From Nitrospirales bacterium (GTDB lineage: Bacteria > Nitrospirota > Nitrospiria > Nitrospirales > UBA8639), in the NCBI GenBank assembly GCA_963422365.1, contig OY729426.1:640001-704000 (forward strand): a stretch of DNA of 64,000 bases, written 5' to 3'. A model generated the notes under the pieces. The model did no database searches. It was not told the DNA's origin and saw only the letters and a list, made by a program, of their open reading frames with translations. The position numbers and the translations under genes are program-made. Of this stretch, positions 1 through 8,750 are shown piece after piece. How positions within the stretch are numbered: the stretch's first letter is position 1; each line of letters starts with the position of its first letter.

Positions 1-58
1 ACGGATTGAGTCAACGGCAATCCGTTCGTCACAATTATTTTTCACTAAAGGACGCCTG

Positions 59-931
59 ATGTTTTCCGGATCTCTCGTTGCGATCGTCACGCCGTTTCAG
101 CACGACGCGTTCGACGAACAATCGTATAGCGAGTTAATCGAGTTTCAGATTGCCAACGGCACGCACGGCATCGTTCCATGTGGCACCACCGGCGAATCCG
201 CCACGCTCTCGCACAAGGAGCACGAGCGCGTCGTGGCGTTGACGGTCGAAGTCGTCAATCGACGTGTCTCGGTCATTGCCGGCACCGGATCCAACGCCAC
301 GGACGAGGCAATTGCCTTTACCAAACACGCCAAACACGCCGGGGCAGACGGCGCGCTGCTGATTACGCCCTATTACAATAAACCCACGCAGGCAGGCCTG
401 TATCAACATTATGCGGCCGTGGCCCAAGCGGTCGACCTTCCACTGATTCTCTACAACATTCCGGGGCGCACCAGCGTGAACATGACACCAGCCACTATTG
501 CGCGCATCGCCAAACTCACCAACGTGGTGGGGATCAAAGAAGGCAGCGGGTCGTTAGGGCAGGTCTCCGAGATCATACACCAATGCGGCGACGATTTGAC
601 CGTGCTCTCCGGAGATGATCCGCTGACCCTTCCCATGATGGCGCTGGGCGCCAAAGGGGTGATTACGGTGACCGCCAACGTGGCGCCGAAAGACATGGCC
701 GCCATGGTGAATGCAGCCCTGGCAGGGAACTTTGCCGAAGCGCGCTCCTATCATTTTAAACTCGCCCCCTTGTTCGGGGCCTTGTTCTATGAGACCAACC
801 CCATTCCGGTCAAAGAAGCCTTGGCCATGATGAACAAAATCGAACCCGAACTCCGACTCCCTCTCACCCGGTTGTCTGCCGACAACCGGGAACGGCTTCG
901 TTGCGTCATGAACGACATGGGGTTGATCTAA
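59..931 (+). CDS. dapA: 4-hydroxy-tetrahydrodipicolinate synthase
   Basis: GTTGES, PYYNKPTQ, LYNIPGRT and GIKE (Schiff-base Lys) motifs; adjacent to dapB. Confidence 0.97.
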   Translation: MFSGSLVAIVTPFQHDAFDEQSYSELIEFQIANGTHGIVPCGTTGESATLSHKEHERVVALTVEVVNRRVSVIAGTGSNATDEAIAFTKHAKHAGADGALLITPYYNKPTQAGLYQHYAAVAQAVDLPLILYNIPGRTSVNMTPATIARIAKLTNVVGIKEGSGSLGQVSEIIHQCGDDLTVLSGDDPLTLPMMALGAKGVITVTANVAPKDMAAMVNAALAGNFAEARSYHFKLAPLFGALFYETNPIPVKEALAMMNKIEPELRLPLTRLSADNRERLRCVMNDMGLI

Positions 932-935
932 ATCC

Positions 936-1760
936 ATGGCTTCCCCAACCAACGTCGTCATCACCGGCGCCGCCGGCCGAATGGGGAAACGGCTGGTTTC
1001 CCTTGTCAAAGCATCGTCTCGTCTGCAACTGAGCGGAGCCATTGAAGCCCAAAGACACCCGGCCCTGGGAACAGATGCCGGAGAGTTGGCAGGGTGTGGA
1101 CGCCTCGACGTTTCCGTGACCGACGATCTCGCCACGGTGTTGCCCCAAGCCGACGTCGTGGTTGATTTCACCGCGCCGCCGTCCACGTTGACCCATTTGT
1201 CGCAAGTGGTCCGGCACAAACGCGCCATCGTCATCGGCACCACGGGATTTTCGCTCGACGAAATGCATCAACTGCGTCGGCACGCCGAGTCCATCCCCTG
1301 CGTACACGCTCCCAACATGAGCATGGGCATCAACGTGTTGCTCCAGATGATCGGAACCGTGGCCCAAGCCCTCGGCGACGACTATGATCTCGAAATTGTT
1401 GAGGCTCATCACAACAAGAAAAAAGACGCGCCAAGCGGCACCGCGTTGAAATTAGCGGAAGCCTTGGCCGCGGCCAAAGGCTGGGACCTGGAACAAACCG
1501 GAGTCTATGCCCGGCACGGAATGACCGGGGAACGACCCCAGCACGCCATCGGCATCCAGACGGTTCGAGCCGGTGATATCGTGGGCGATCATACCGTACT
1601 CTATGGTGGGCCAGGAGAACGGATCGAGATCACGCATCGCGCCCATAATCGAGACCCATTTGCGCAAGGGGCCTTGCGCGCCGCAGAATGGGTGGTGAGT
1701 CAGCCGCCGGGGTTGTACGGTATGGCTGACGTGCTCGGGTTATCTTGCAACGCTCGATGA
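936..1760 (+). CDS. dapB: 4-hydroxy-tetrahydrodipicolinate reductase
   Basis: GAAGRMG, VIGTTG, EAHHNKKKDAPSGTA, GDIVGDHTV motifs. Confidence 0.97.
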   Translation: MASPTNVVITGAAGRMGKRLVSLVKASSRLQLSGAIEAQRHPALGTDAGELAGCGRLDVSVTDDLATVLPQADVVVDFTAPPSTLTHLSQVVRHKRAIVIGTTGFSLDEMHQLRRHAESIPCVHAPNMSMGINVLLQMIGTVAQALGDDYDLEIVEAHHNKKKDAPSGTALKLAEALAAAKGWDLEQTGVYARHGMTGERPQHAIGIQTVRAGDIVGDHTVLYGGPGERIEITHRAHNRDPFAQGALRAAEWVVSQPPGLYGMADVLGLSCNAR

Positions 1761-1835
1761 GATGCTCAAATCTGGCACATAGTTGAACGTGGAGCAGCGC
1801 AGAAACTGCACAAAAAGTTTCTGGGATAACGAACC

Positions 1836-2669
1836 GTGATCTTGAAACTTCTTGCAGGCCTCTTCAAAAAAGCGAGAGCCGTTGACTCTGACGAAACTTC
1901 TGTGCCGTTGCCTGACTTGACGACGGATGCTCCAATGCCCAAGCCCGGGCTGGCACGGTCACACCATGAATCTCCGAAGGGTCGCAATGTAGCATACACC
2001 AAAACCATCTTGTGCTTGGCCAATTCACGGAAGCACGGTGGCCACTGTCTCGCCGGCAAGGAGATTCGGGCGGACGGGCAAATCGGCGGCTGGATTCGCC
2101 CGGTACGCGATCGGGAATACGAGGAAATATCGGAATCCGAGAGACAGTACGAAGATGGAAGCGCCCCGCGAGTGTTGGACGTTATTGACGTGCCGTTACT
2201 CGATGCGCGGCCCAAGGATTATCAGCAGGAAAATTGGCTGCTTGATCCGGAGCGTCATTGGCATACGGTTCGCCGTTTCCAGTGTGATGATCTGGCCCAA
2301 TTCACCGACAAGGTCGTACCACTGTGGAATAACGGATATAGCACAGCCAACGGATGGAATAACCGAATAGCGTACTCTGTCGCCTCCTCCCTAGACCGTT
2401 CGTTGCGTCTCATCAAAGTGAACAGGCTTGAACTGTTTGTATCCCGACCAGGAAATGATTTCGGCAACTACCGGCAAAGCGTACAGTGACGTTTTCAATA
2501 TGGCGGATCGGATTACTGGTTGCGCGTCACCGACCCTGATTACGAGCGGCAGTATAAACAAAAAGACGATGGTCGTTACCAGATTGGAGAATGTTTTCTC
2601 GCCATAAGCCTCGGCGAGCCTTTTGGCGGCTACGCTGACAAACTCATCGCCGCCATCATCGAATCCTGA
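1836..2669 (+). pseudogene. Dual OB-fold domain protein interrupted by an in-frame TGA at 2487-2489
   Basis: CLANSRKHGGHCLAG...WIRPV...QQENW. After TGA 2487 the same frame continues RFQYGGSDYWLRVTDP...ISLGEPFGGYADKLIAAII to TGA 2667-2669, matching the expected C-terminal OB half. Confidence 0.75.
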
Positions 2670-2683
2670 CGGAGACATGCGTT

Positions 2684-3319
2684 GTGAATGCCACTCAATA
2701 CCCCGTCTTCACCGTCGGCCACTCCAACCATTCGCCGGAAGCGTTCATCAAACTCCTCCGGCGGCACGGCGTGGCTGGAGTGGCCGATGTTCGCTCGTTC
2801 CCGTACAGCCGCTCTACTCCCCATTTCAATCATGAGAACTTGAGACGGCTGCTGGACGACGTGGACATTGCCTACACGTTCCTGGGCGGGGAACTGGGTG
2901 GCCGGCCGGCTGACCGTTCCTGCTACGACGCCAACTGGCGAGTTCTGTACGACCGGGTAATGGACACCGACCCGTTCGATGACGGCATCCGTCGTGTCAT
3001 CCGGAGCGCCGACGAGCATCGTGTCGCCCTCCTGTGTACCGAGAAAGAGCCGCTCGAATGCCACCGCACATTGTTGATTGCCAGGGTCCTTACAGAACGC
3101 GGCGTTGCCGTTGAACATATTCTCGCCGACGGCCGTCTGGAAAATCACGACACCGCCACGGAGCGGCTGCTGGACATGTTCAAGTTGCCCCACAACGGCG
3201 ATCTGTTCCGTTCCGGAAGCAACGTCATGGCCGATGCACTGACCCGTCAGGCACAGAAAGTGGCCTACATCGGTGAAAAGCCGCCCGTTTACGGTGACAG
3301 ATGGGGAAACGTATCGTGA
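2684..3319 (+). CDS. DUF488 family protein (long type)
   Basis: FTVGHSNH, DVRSFPYSR, ELGGRP, LLCTEKEPLECHR motifs. Confidence 0.88.
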   Translation: MNATQYPVFTVGHSNHSPEAFIKLLRRHGVAGVADVRSFPYSRSTPHFNHENLRRLLDDVDIAYTFLGGELGGRPADRSCYDANWRVLYDRVMDTDPFDDGIRRVIRSADEHRVALLCTEKEPLECHRTLLIARVLTERGVAVEHILADGRLENHDTATERLLDMFKLPHNGDLFRSGSNVMADALTRQAQKVAYIGEKPPVYGDRWGNVS

Positions 3320-3750
3320 AGGTGTACACCATCGGCTTCACCAAAAAATCCGCCGCCGATTTTTTTGAACGGCTCTGGGAGTCTGGGGCGAAACGCGTGG
3401 TGGACGTCCGGCTGAACAACGTCTCACAGATGGCGGGCTTTGCCAAGAAAGGCGACCTGGAGTATTTTCTGAACAAAATTTGCCGAATGAAATACGTCCA
3501 CGTACCGGAACTGGCGCCCACCAAAGAGATGCTGACCGCGTATCGCAACGAGCATCACGACTGGGCAACCTACGAACGCCAGTTCCTTGCCCTTATGGAC
3601 GAGCGGCGCATTGGGAAAAATGGCATAAAAAAGACAATCTCCAGCGGATGCCTGCTCTGCAGCGAGGACAAACCTCACCATTGTCATCGCCGGCTGGTGG
3701 CGGAATATGTACAAACAACGTGGAGGGACGTGGAGATCATTCATCTATAG
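3316..3750 (+). CDS. DUF488 family protein (short type)
   Basis: YTIGFTKKSA, DVRLNNVSQMAGFAK, LLCSEDKPHHCHRRLVAEY; GTG start overlaps the upstream stop (GTGA). Confidence 0.88.
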   Translation: MKVYTIGFTKKSAADFFERLWESGAKRVVDVRLNNVSQMAGFAKKGDLEYFLNKICRMKYVHVPELAPTKEMLTAYRNEHHDWATYERQFLALMDERRIGKNGIKKTISSGCLLCSEDKPHHCHRRLVAEYVQTTWRDVEIIHL

Positions 3751-3888
3751 GCAGCCTGTATCTGGGGTGGACGGTGTCTCGGATGGCCGGTCGCTCCTTC
3801 GTTCGCGGGAATTGAATTCCGAGAGTGTCAAGGAAGGTGCCCGGTATTTTATTGTGTTGTCTGTTTCTTGAATAAGGAGGTTTTTGTC

Positions 3889-4128
3889 ATGGATATGTTT
3901 GGGAAGATTCCCCTCATTGAAATTCCGGTCCACGTGACCCCGGACCAAAAAAAATGGCTGGACAAAATGGTGGAAGAAGGCCGGATTGCGGTCCCTCCCG
4001 GCGGGACATTGGAAAAAGGTTCTGTGATTTCGATGTTTCTTCGGCTGTTGATTCACAACGCCATGGAAGAGCAGATGCGGCAAGCCGCGCTGGAAGCCGA
4101 AGAGGAGGACGATGATGACGATGAATAA
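3889..4128 (+). CDS. Small hypothetical protein with acidic C-terminal tail
   Basis: Strong SD TAAGGAGG at 3873-3880; ends in EAEEEDDDDDE. Confidence 0.65.
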   Translation: MDMFGKIPLIEIPVHVTPDQKKWLDKMVEEGRIAVPPGGTLEKGSVISMFLRLLIHNAMEEQMRQAALEAEEEDDDDDE

Positions 4129-4168
4129 AGCAGGGGAATCCTTCATACCCCACGATGAACGATGAACC

Positions 4169-7100
4169 ATGGCGAAGCCGACAAAGCACGCCAAGCGGGA
4201 CATCGAGACTTACGCACACACCGGCAAAAAGCGCGTGAACAACCCGCCGGTCGGTCTGGTGACGCCGGATACGGACCTGGACGCGGGAAAGAAGACCTAC
4301 GCCCACGACCCCCATCTTGACCCGCAACTGCAATGGGCCGGCAAGTCGGACCAGACGTCCTTTGACGTGCCGACGGTCTCGCTTCACGTCCACGAACGGA
4401 TCGACCCGCGCACGATCGTCGAAGCCGTGCGAAAGCGTAACGGCCCGTCTGCCGGCCAGGCAGGCGCGGAACCGCAGCTCTCGTTGTTTGCCGCACCCGA
4501 AGAAAACCCACCGATCCGCCAGGCCATCGAGTTCTACAAACACCGACACAACTGGACCAACCGCCTGATCGCCGGTGACAGCCTGCTCGTCATGAACAGC
4601 CTGCTTGAGAAGGAAGGCATGGGTGGGAAAGTGCAGATGGTCTATCTTGACCCGCCTTACGGCATCCGCTATGGCTCAAACTTCCAGCCATTCGTCAACC
4701 GGCGCGAGGTCATCGACGGCAGGGACGAGGACCTGACCGGCGAGCCAGAGCAGATCCGCGCCTTCCGCGACACCTGGGAACTCGGCATCCACTCCTACCT
4801 CGCTTACCTGCGTGACCGCCTGCTGCTGGCGCGGGAACTACTGACCGAAACCGGCAGTGTTTTCGTGCAGATCGGCGACGAGAACGTGCATCGGGTGGGC
4901 ATGGTGATGGACGAGATCTTCGGCGCAGGGAACCGCATGGCAACGATTTCCTACGCCACGACCGGCGGTAGTTCAGCCAACACATTGCCACAGGTCGCCG
5001 ACTATCTGCTCTGGTACGCCAAGGATCGTCAGCAGGTGAAGTATCGACAGCTTTATGAACCGCTGACGCGGGCGGAAATCGTCGAACAGATGAATTGGGA
5101 CGCCATGGTCGAACTTGAAGATGGCGTGTGCCGCGCTCTGACGCGCGAGGAAAGAGTCGATCCGGACAGGTATCTCCCTAAAGGCGCGCGCTTGTATCAG
5201 CGGGCCATGCTCACCTCTCAAGGTGAATCCCAGACGGGAAGGTCGGAACTCTACGAAGTCGGAGGGAGGACATATATCTGTCAGAGGAATCAGCAATGGC
5301 GGGTCGGCAAGGCAGGTCTTGACCGGCTATACGAGATCGGGCGCTTGGATCTCAGCGGGCAGCACAAGAGACTGGCTTGGAAGCATTACGAAGACGAGAT
5401 CCCAGGAAAGCGTTTGAACAACGTATGGGCCGATCTGGCTCGTCCTATGGACAAACGCTATGTCGTCCAGACCGCCCCGAAGACCATCCAGCGCGCCATC
5501 CTGATGACCACCGACCCGGGCGATCTGGTCTTCGACCCGACTTGCGGCTCCGGCACCACGGTGCACGTCGCCGAGCAGTGGGGCCGGCGCTGGATTGCCT
5601 GCGACACCTCGCGCGTGGCCGTCGCCATCACCCGGCAACGGCTGATGACAGCCCACTTCGACTATTACGAACTTGCCCATCCCGATGAAGGCGTCGGTGC
5701 CGGGTTCCGCTGCCGCAGCGTGGCCACTGTCTCGGCGCGCACCCTCGGCTACGACGAGCCGCCCAACAAGACGATCCTCTACGACCAGCCGCACCTCGAC
5801 CGCAAGAAGACCCGCGTCACCGGACCGTTCACCGTCGAGGCCGTGCCCGCACCCGCAGTGAAAGCCCTGGACGAGATTGTTGACCCTCACCCCGACCCTC
5901 TCACGGAGGGAGAGAGAGAAAAAAGGGAACGCTCTCAAGGGCGGGGGATGAATGCGGACGCCGACCTGTCCATTGCCCGCTCCGGCGAAACCCTGCGGCA
6001 GAGCGACTGGCGCGACGAACTGCTGAAAACCGGCATCCGCGGCAAGGCCGGCCAGCGCATCTCCTTCGCCAGGCTAGAGCCAATGCCGGCCACGCGGTGG
6101 CTGCACGCCGAGGGCGAAACCCGACCGGACGATTCAGGGGCGAACGAGGTCCGCGAGCCCGCCACCGCCTACAACCCCGAGCGCGTGGCGGTCTCCTTCG
6201 GGCCGGAGCACGCGCCCCTGGAGCAACGCCAGGTCGCCCGCGCCATCGAAGAGGCGCAGAGCCTTGTCCCGAAGCCGAAGATCATCGTCTTCGCCGCCTT
6301 CCAGTTCGATCCGGAGACGGCCAAGGACATCGACGAGACCCACTGGCCGGGCGTCACGCTGCTCAAGGCGCAGATGAACGCCGACCTGTTGACCGGCGAC
6401 CTCAAGAAGAAACGCGCCAGCAACGAGAGCTTCTGGCTGATCGGCCAGCCGGACGTGGCGGTTTCGAGTTTCGAGTTTGTCGTTTACGGTAAAGGCAAGG
6501 ACAGGATTGCTGAATATGGAACGTTCAAGAAGCTATCGGGACTTGATTGTCTGGAAGAAATCAATCGACTTGATTGGCAAGGTCTATGCCTCTACGCGCT
6601 CCTTTCCCAGGGAAGAGATCTATGGCATTATCTCGCAGATACGCAGGGTTGGGATTTCGATAGCGGCCAATATCGCGGAAGGCCAAGCCAGAAACACGAG
6701 CGGGGAGTTCCGGCAGTTTCTTGGAATAGCCCGGGGATCGTTGGCGGAATTGGAGACGTTGCCGACGATCTCGTAGAATTCGGGATATTCGACCTCGCCG
6801 GATGCCGAAGGGTTATTGAGCGACTGCGAGGAGATCCCCAGGTTGTTGGCAGGCTTGCAGAAATCGCTCAAGCCCTGAACTTCCCCATCACTCCCCACAC
6901 TAACAACTACCGGCTCGAGACTCAAAATCTGCACAGCGTCGCCGTGCACGGCTTCGACTACTACAACACCAAGACCGGCAACGTGGAATCCGGCGGTGCG
7001 GACAGGATCGCCCTGTGGATGCTCGACCCGGACTACGACGGCCGCAGCCTGTTCCCCCGCCAGGTCTTCTTCCCCATGGCCGGTGCGCAGGACGGCTGGG

Positions 7101-7264
7101 CAAGGCTCGCCCGCAACCTCAAGGCGGAGATTGATATGGACCTGATCGAGACGTATCGCGGCGCCGTCTCACTGCCCTTCGAGGCGGGCGAACATAAACG
7201 CGTCGCCGTCAAGATAGTCGACGACCGGGGCATCGAGAGCTTGAAGATCGTGGAGGTGGGATGA
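4169..7264 (+). CDS. Type III-like RM site-specific DNA adenine methyltransferase (Mod) with in-frame insertions
   Basis: YLDPPYGI catalytic motif before DPTCGSGTT SAM-binding motif (beta class); C-terminal AVKIVDDRGIESL; upstream of a Res helicase-nuclease. Confidence 0.9.
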   Translation: MAKPTKHAKRDIETYAHTGKKRVNNPPVGLVTPDTDLDAGKKTYAHDPHLDPQLQWAGKSDQTSFDVPTVSLHVHERIDPRTIVEAVRKRNGPSAGQAGAEPQLSLFAAPEENPPIRQAIEFYKHRHNWTNRLIAGDSLLVMNSLLEKEGMGGKVQMVYLDPPYGIRYGSNFQPFVNRREVIDGRDEDLTGEPEQIRAFRDTWELGIHSYLAYLRDRLLLARELLTETGSVFVQIGDENVHRVGMVMDEIFGAGNRMATISYATTGGSSANTLPQVADYLLWYAKDRQQVKYRQLYEPLTRAEIVEQMNWDAMVELEDGVCRALTREERVDPDRYLPKGARLYQRAMLTSQGESQTGRSELYEVGGRTYICQRNQQWRVGKAGLDRLYEIGRLDLSGQHKRLAWKHYEDEIPGKRLNNVWADLARPMDKRYVVQTAPKTIQRAILMTTDPGDLVFDPTCGSGTTVHVAEQWGRRWIACDTSRVAVAITRQRLMTAHFDYYELAHPDEGVGAGFRCRSVATVSARTLGYDEPPNKTILYDQPHLDRKKTRVTGPFTVEAVPAPAVKALDEIVDPHPDPLTEGEREKRERSQGRGMNADADLSIARSGETLRQSDWRDELLKTGIRGKAGQRISFARLEPMPATRWLHAEGETRPDDSGANEVREPATAYNPERVAVSFGPEHAPLEQRQVARAIEEAQSLVPKPKIIVFAAFQFDPETAKDIDETHWPGVTLLKAQMNADLLTGDLKKKRASNESFWLIGQPDVAVSSFEFVVYGKGKDRIAEYGTFKKLSGLDCLEEINRLDWQGLCLYALLSQGRDLWHYLADTQGWDFDSGQYRGRPSQKHERGVPAVSWNSPGIVGGIGDVADDLVEFGIFDLAGCRRVIERLRGDPQVVGRLAEIAQALNFPITPHTNNYRLETQNLHSVAVHGFDYYNTKTGNVESGGADRIALWMLDPDYDGRSLFPRQVFFPMAGAQDGWARLARNLKAEIDMDLIETYRGAVSLPFEAGEHKRVAVKIVDDRGIESLKIVEVG
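4443..4465. repeat. Short palindromic repeat (GCCYGTCTG-N5-CAGGCAGGC) in frame in mod
   Basis: Imperfect 9-bp inverted repeat resembling intergenic copies at 15583-15612 and 17080-17102; encodes PSAGQAG. Confidence 0.5.
5884..5918. repeat. CCCTCACCCC...CTCTC-N-GGGAGAG palindromic element in frame in mod
   Basis: CCCTCACCCCGACCCTCTCACGGAGGGAGAGAGAG encodes PHPDPLTEGERE; similar copy inside larC. Confidence 0.65.
6460..6929 (+). mobile_element. Four-helix-bundle gene cassette bounded by inverted heptamer repeats, inside mod
   Basis: Left flank GTTTCGAGTTTCGAGTTTGTCGTTT, right flank CAACTACCGGCTCGAGACTCAAAATC (18/26 Watson-Crick plus 4 G-U); sits between Mod segments LIGQPDV and VHGFDYYN. Confidence 0.7.
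6516..6878 (+). pseudogene. Four helix bundle protein (TIGR02436 / 23S rRNA IVS / Avd-like) nested in the +1 frame of mod; internal TAG 6774-6776
   Basis: SYRDLIVWKKS...FPREEIYGIISQIRRVGISIAANIAEG...EFRQFLGIARGSLAELET; after the TAG the frame continues NSGYST...EEIPRLLAGLQKSLKP to TGA (120 codons total). Confidence 0.88.
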
Positions 7265-8076
7265 TGAAGATGATGAACAAAGCAAAAGCTATCGAACGCC
7301 TGGGGAAGGTACTGAATGAAGTACCGGAATTGAAGAAAATATCCAATTCACCCCAATTCGATAAATGGCTCAGAAATGCACAGCTAGCCATTACGAATAC
7401 GTTTGGAAACGAGTCACGCCACATTACGGATTTCAACGAGGCGATAGAATCACTGAATCCAGCACTGGGTCTATTTACGCACGACTCTGAATTCCAAGCG
7501 TATATTAGAGGATTGGAGCGTGCTGCGGCCATTCTCGAATCAATGATCGAAGAGATCGGGGAATACTGGGAGGAAGGCGAAAAATCATCCGGCGTTTCCA
7601 ATCCAGAAGTCGAGATTCCCGAAAATACGAATAAGGTCTTCATTATTCATGGCCGTGACGAAGCGGCACGAGAAACAGTTGCGAGATTCCTGGAAAACCT
7701 CAAACTCGAACCAGTTATCCTCCACGAACAACCGAACAAGGGCCGCACGATCATCGAGAAGTTCGAGGCTTATGCAGGGGTCGGCTTCGCTGTAGTTCTG
7801 TTAACACCGGACGACAAGGGCAATCTTCGCGATGATCAATCCAAGGGCAATCTTCGTGCACGGCAGAATGTCGTTTTCGAGTTCGGATATTTCATCGGAA
7901 AACTCGGCCGGGGAAAGGTCTGCGCCTTGGTGAAGGGCGACATCGAAAAACCTTCGGATTACGACGGTGTTCTTTATATTCCCATGGACGATAAGGGCGC
8001 GTGGAAAATGGAACTCTTTCGGGAACTGAAAGACGCTGGATTCGATATCGACACGAATCGGACGTTCGAGCTATGA
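7261..8076 (+). CDS. TIR-like nucleotide-binding domain protein (Cap12/Pycsar-effector-type TIR)
   Basis: KVFIIHGRDE, LHEQPNKGRTIIEKFE, FAVVLLTPDD, RARQNVVFEFGYF, PSDYDG. Confidence 0.88.
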   Translation: MMKMMNKAKAIERLGKVLNEVPELKKISNSPQFDKWLRNAQLAITNTFGNESRHITDFNEAIESLNPALGLFTHDSEFQAYIRGLERAAAILESMIEEIGEYWEEGEKSSGVSNPEVEIPENTNKVFIIHGRDEAARETVARFLENLKLEPVILHEQPNKGRTIIEKFEAYAGVGFAVVLLTPDDKGNLRDDQSKGNLRARQNVVFEFGYFIGKLGRGKVCALVKGDIEKPSDYDGVLYIPMDDKGAWKMELFRELKDAGFDIDTNRTFEL

Positions 8077-8384
8077 CCGTGCGTATCCAGATACCCTCCG
8101 ACCTGATCGCCGCCTTTTGACAACGTTGGCGGATTACGCGCCTTGAACTCTTCGGGTCCGTGTTGCGCAAGGATTTCGGTCCGAACAGCGATGTGGACGT
8201 GTTGGTCAGTTTCGAAGAAGATGTCAAGCACACGCTGTTCGATTTGGATGACATGGAACTGGAATTGAAGGAGATATTCGGTCGCGAAGTTGATCTGGTC
8301 AGTAGGCGGGTGGTTGAAGCGAGCCTCAACTATTTGCGCAGAAACAGCATTTTGAAATCTGCCCAGGTGATCCATGGATCATGA
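8073..8384 (+). pseudogene. MNT minimal nucleotidyltransferase antitoxin with in-frame TGA at 8118-8120
   Basis: ATG 8073 [44 protein letters not shown]...GREVDLV. Confidence 0.85.
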
Positions 8385-8747
8385 CGCGCCACATATTCTG
8401 GACATCATCAGGTCCGCACGATTGATCGGGGCCTATCTCGAGGGTGTCTCGCGGGAAAATTTCATGCGGAACGTGCAGTTGCAGGATTCCGTCATTCGAC
8501 GTATCGAAATTATCGGTGAGGCGGCGGGGCGGCTTTTTCGGCGCCATTTCGGCAGAGACATACGGCAATTCCGTGGGGTCGGATGATTGGAATGCGTAAC
8601 CGCATGATTCACGTGTACGATGGAATCGATATGGCTCTCGTGTGGACTACAGCTCGTAAGCCAATCCCTGAATTGCTGACGCTAGTTGAGCCTCTGGCGT
8701 CACCGGAACCCAGCCCATCGCCGGGAAGCGAGCAGGGGAACGGCTGA
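8374..8747 (+). pseudogene. HEPN (DUF86/HepT-like) RNase toxin, frameshifted at the T run near 8534-8538
   Basis: QDSVIRRIEIIGEA in one frame, then IPWGRMIGMRNRMIHVYDGID (RxxxxH) in the next frame to TGA 8745-8747. Confidence 0.85.
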
Positions 8748-8750
8748 CTG

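Noticed and set aside
4152..4165. ACGATGA x2 heptamer just upstream of the mod start
   Set aside because: Could be a relic of a third heptamer element, but there are only two units and no partner array or gene.
7815..7856. 15-bp direct repeat CAAGGGCAATCTTCG in the TIR gene
   Set aside because: Two copies 27 nt apart, in frame, in a variable loop; looks like a local duplication with no further structure.
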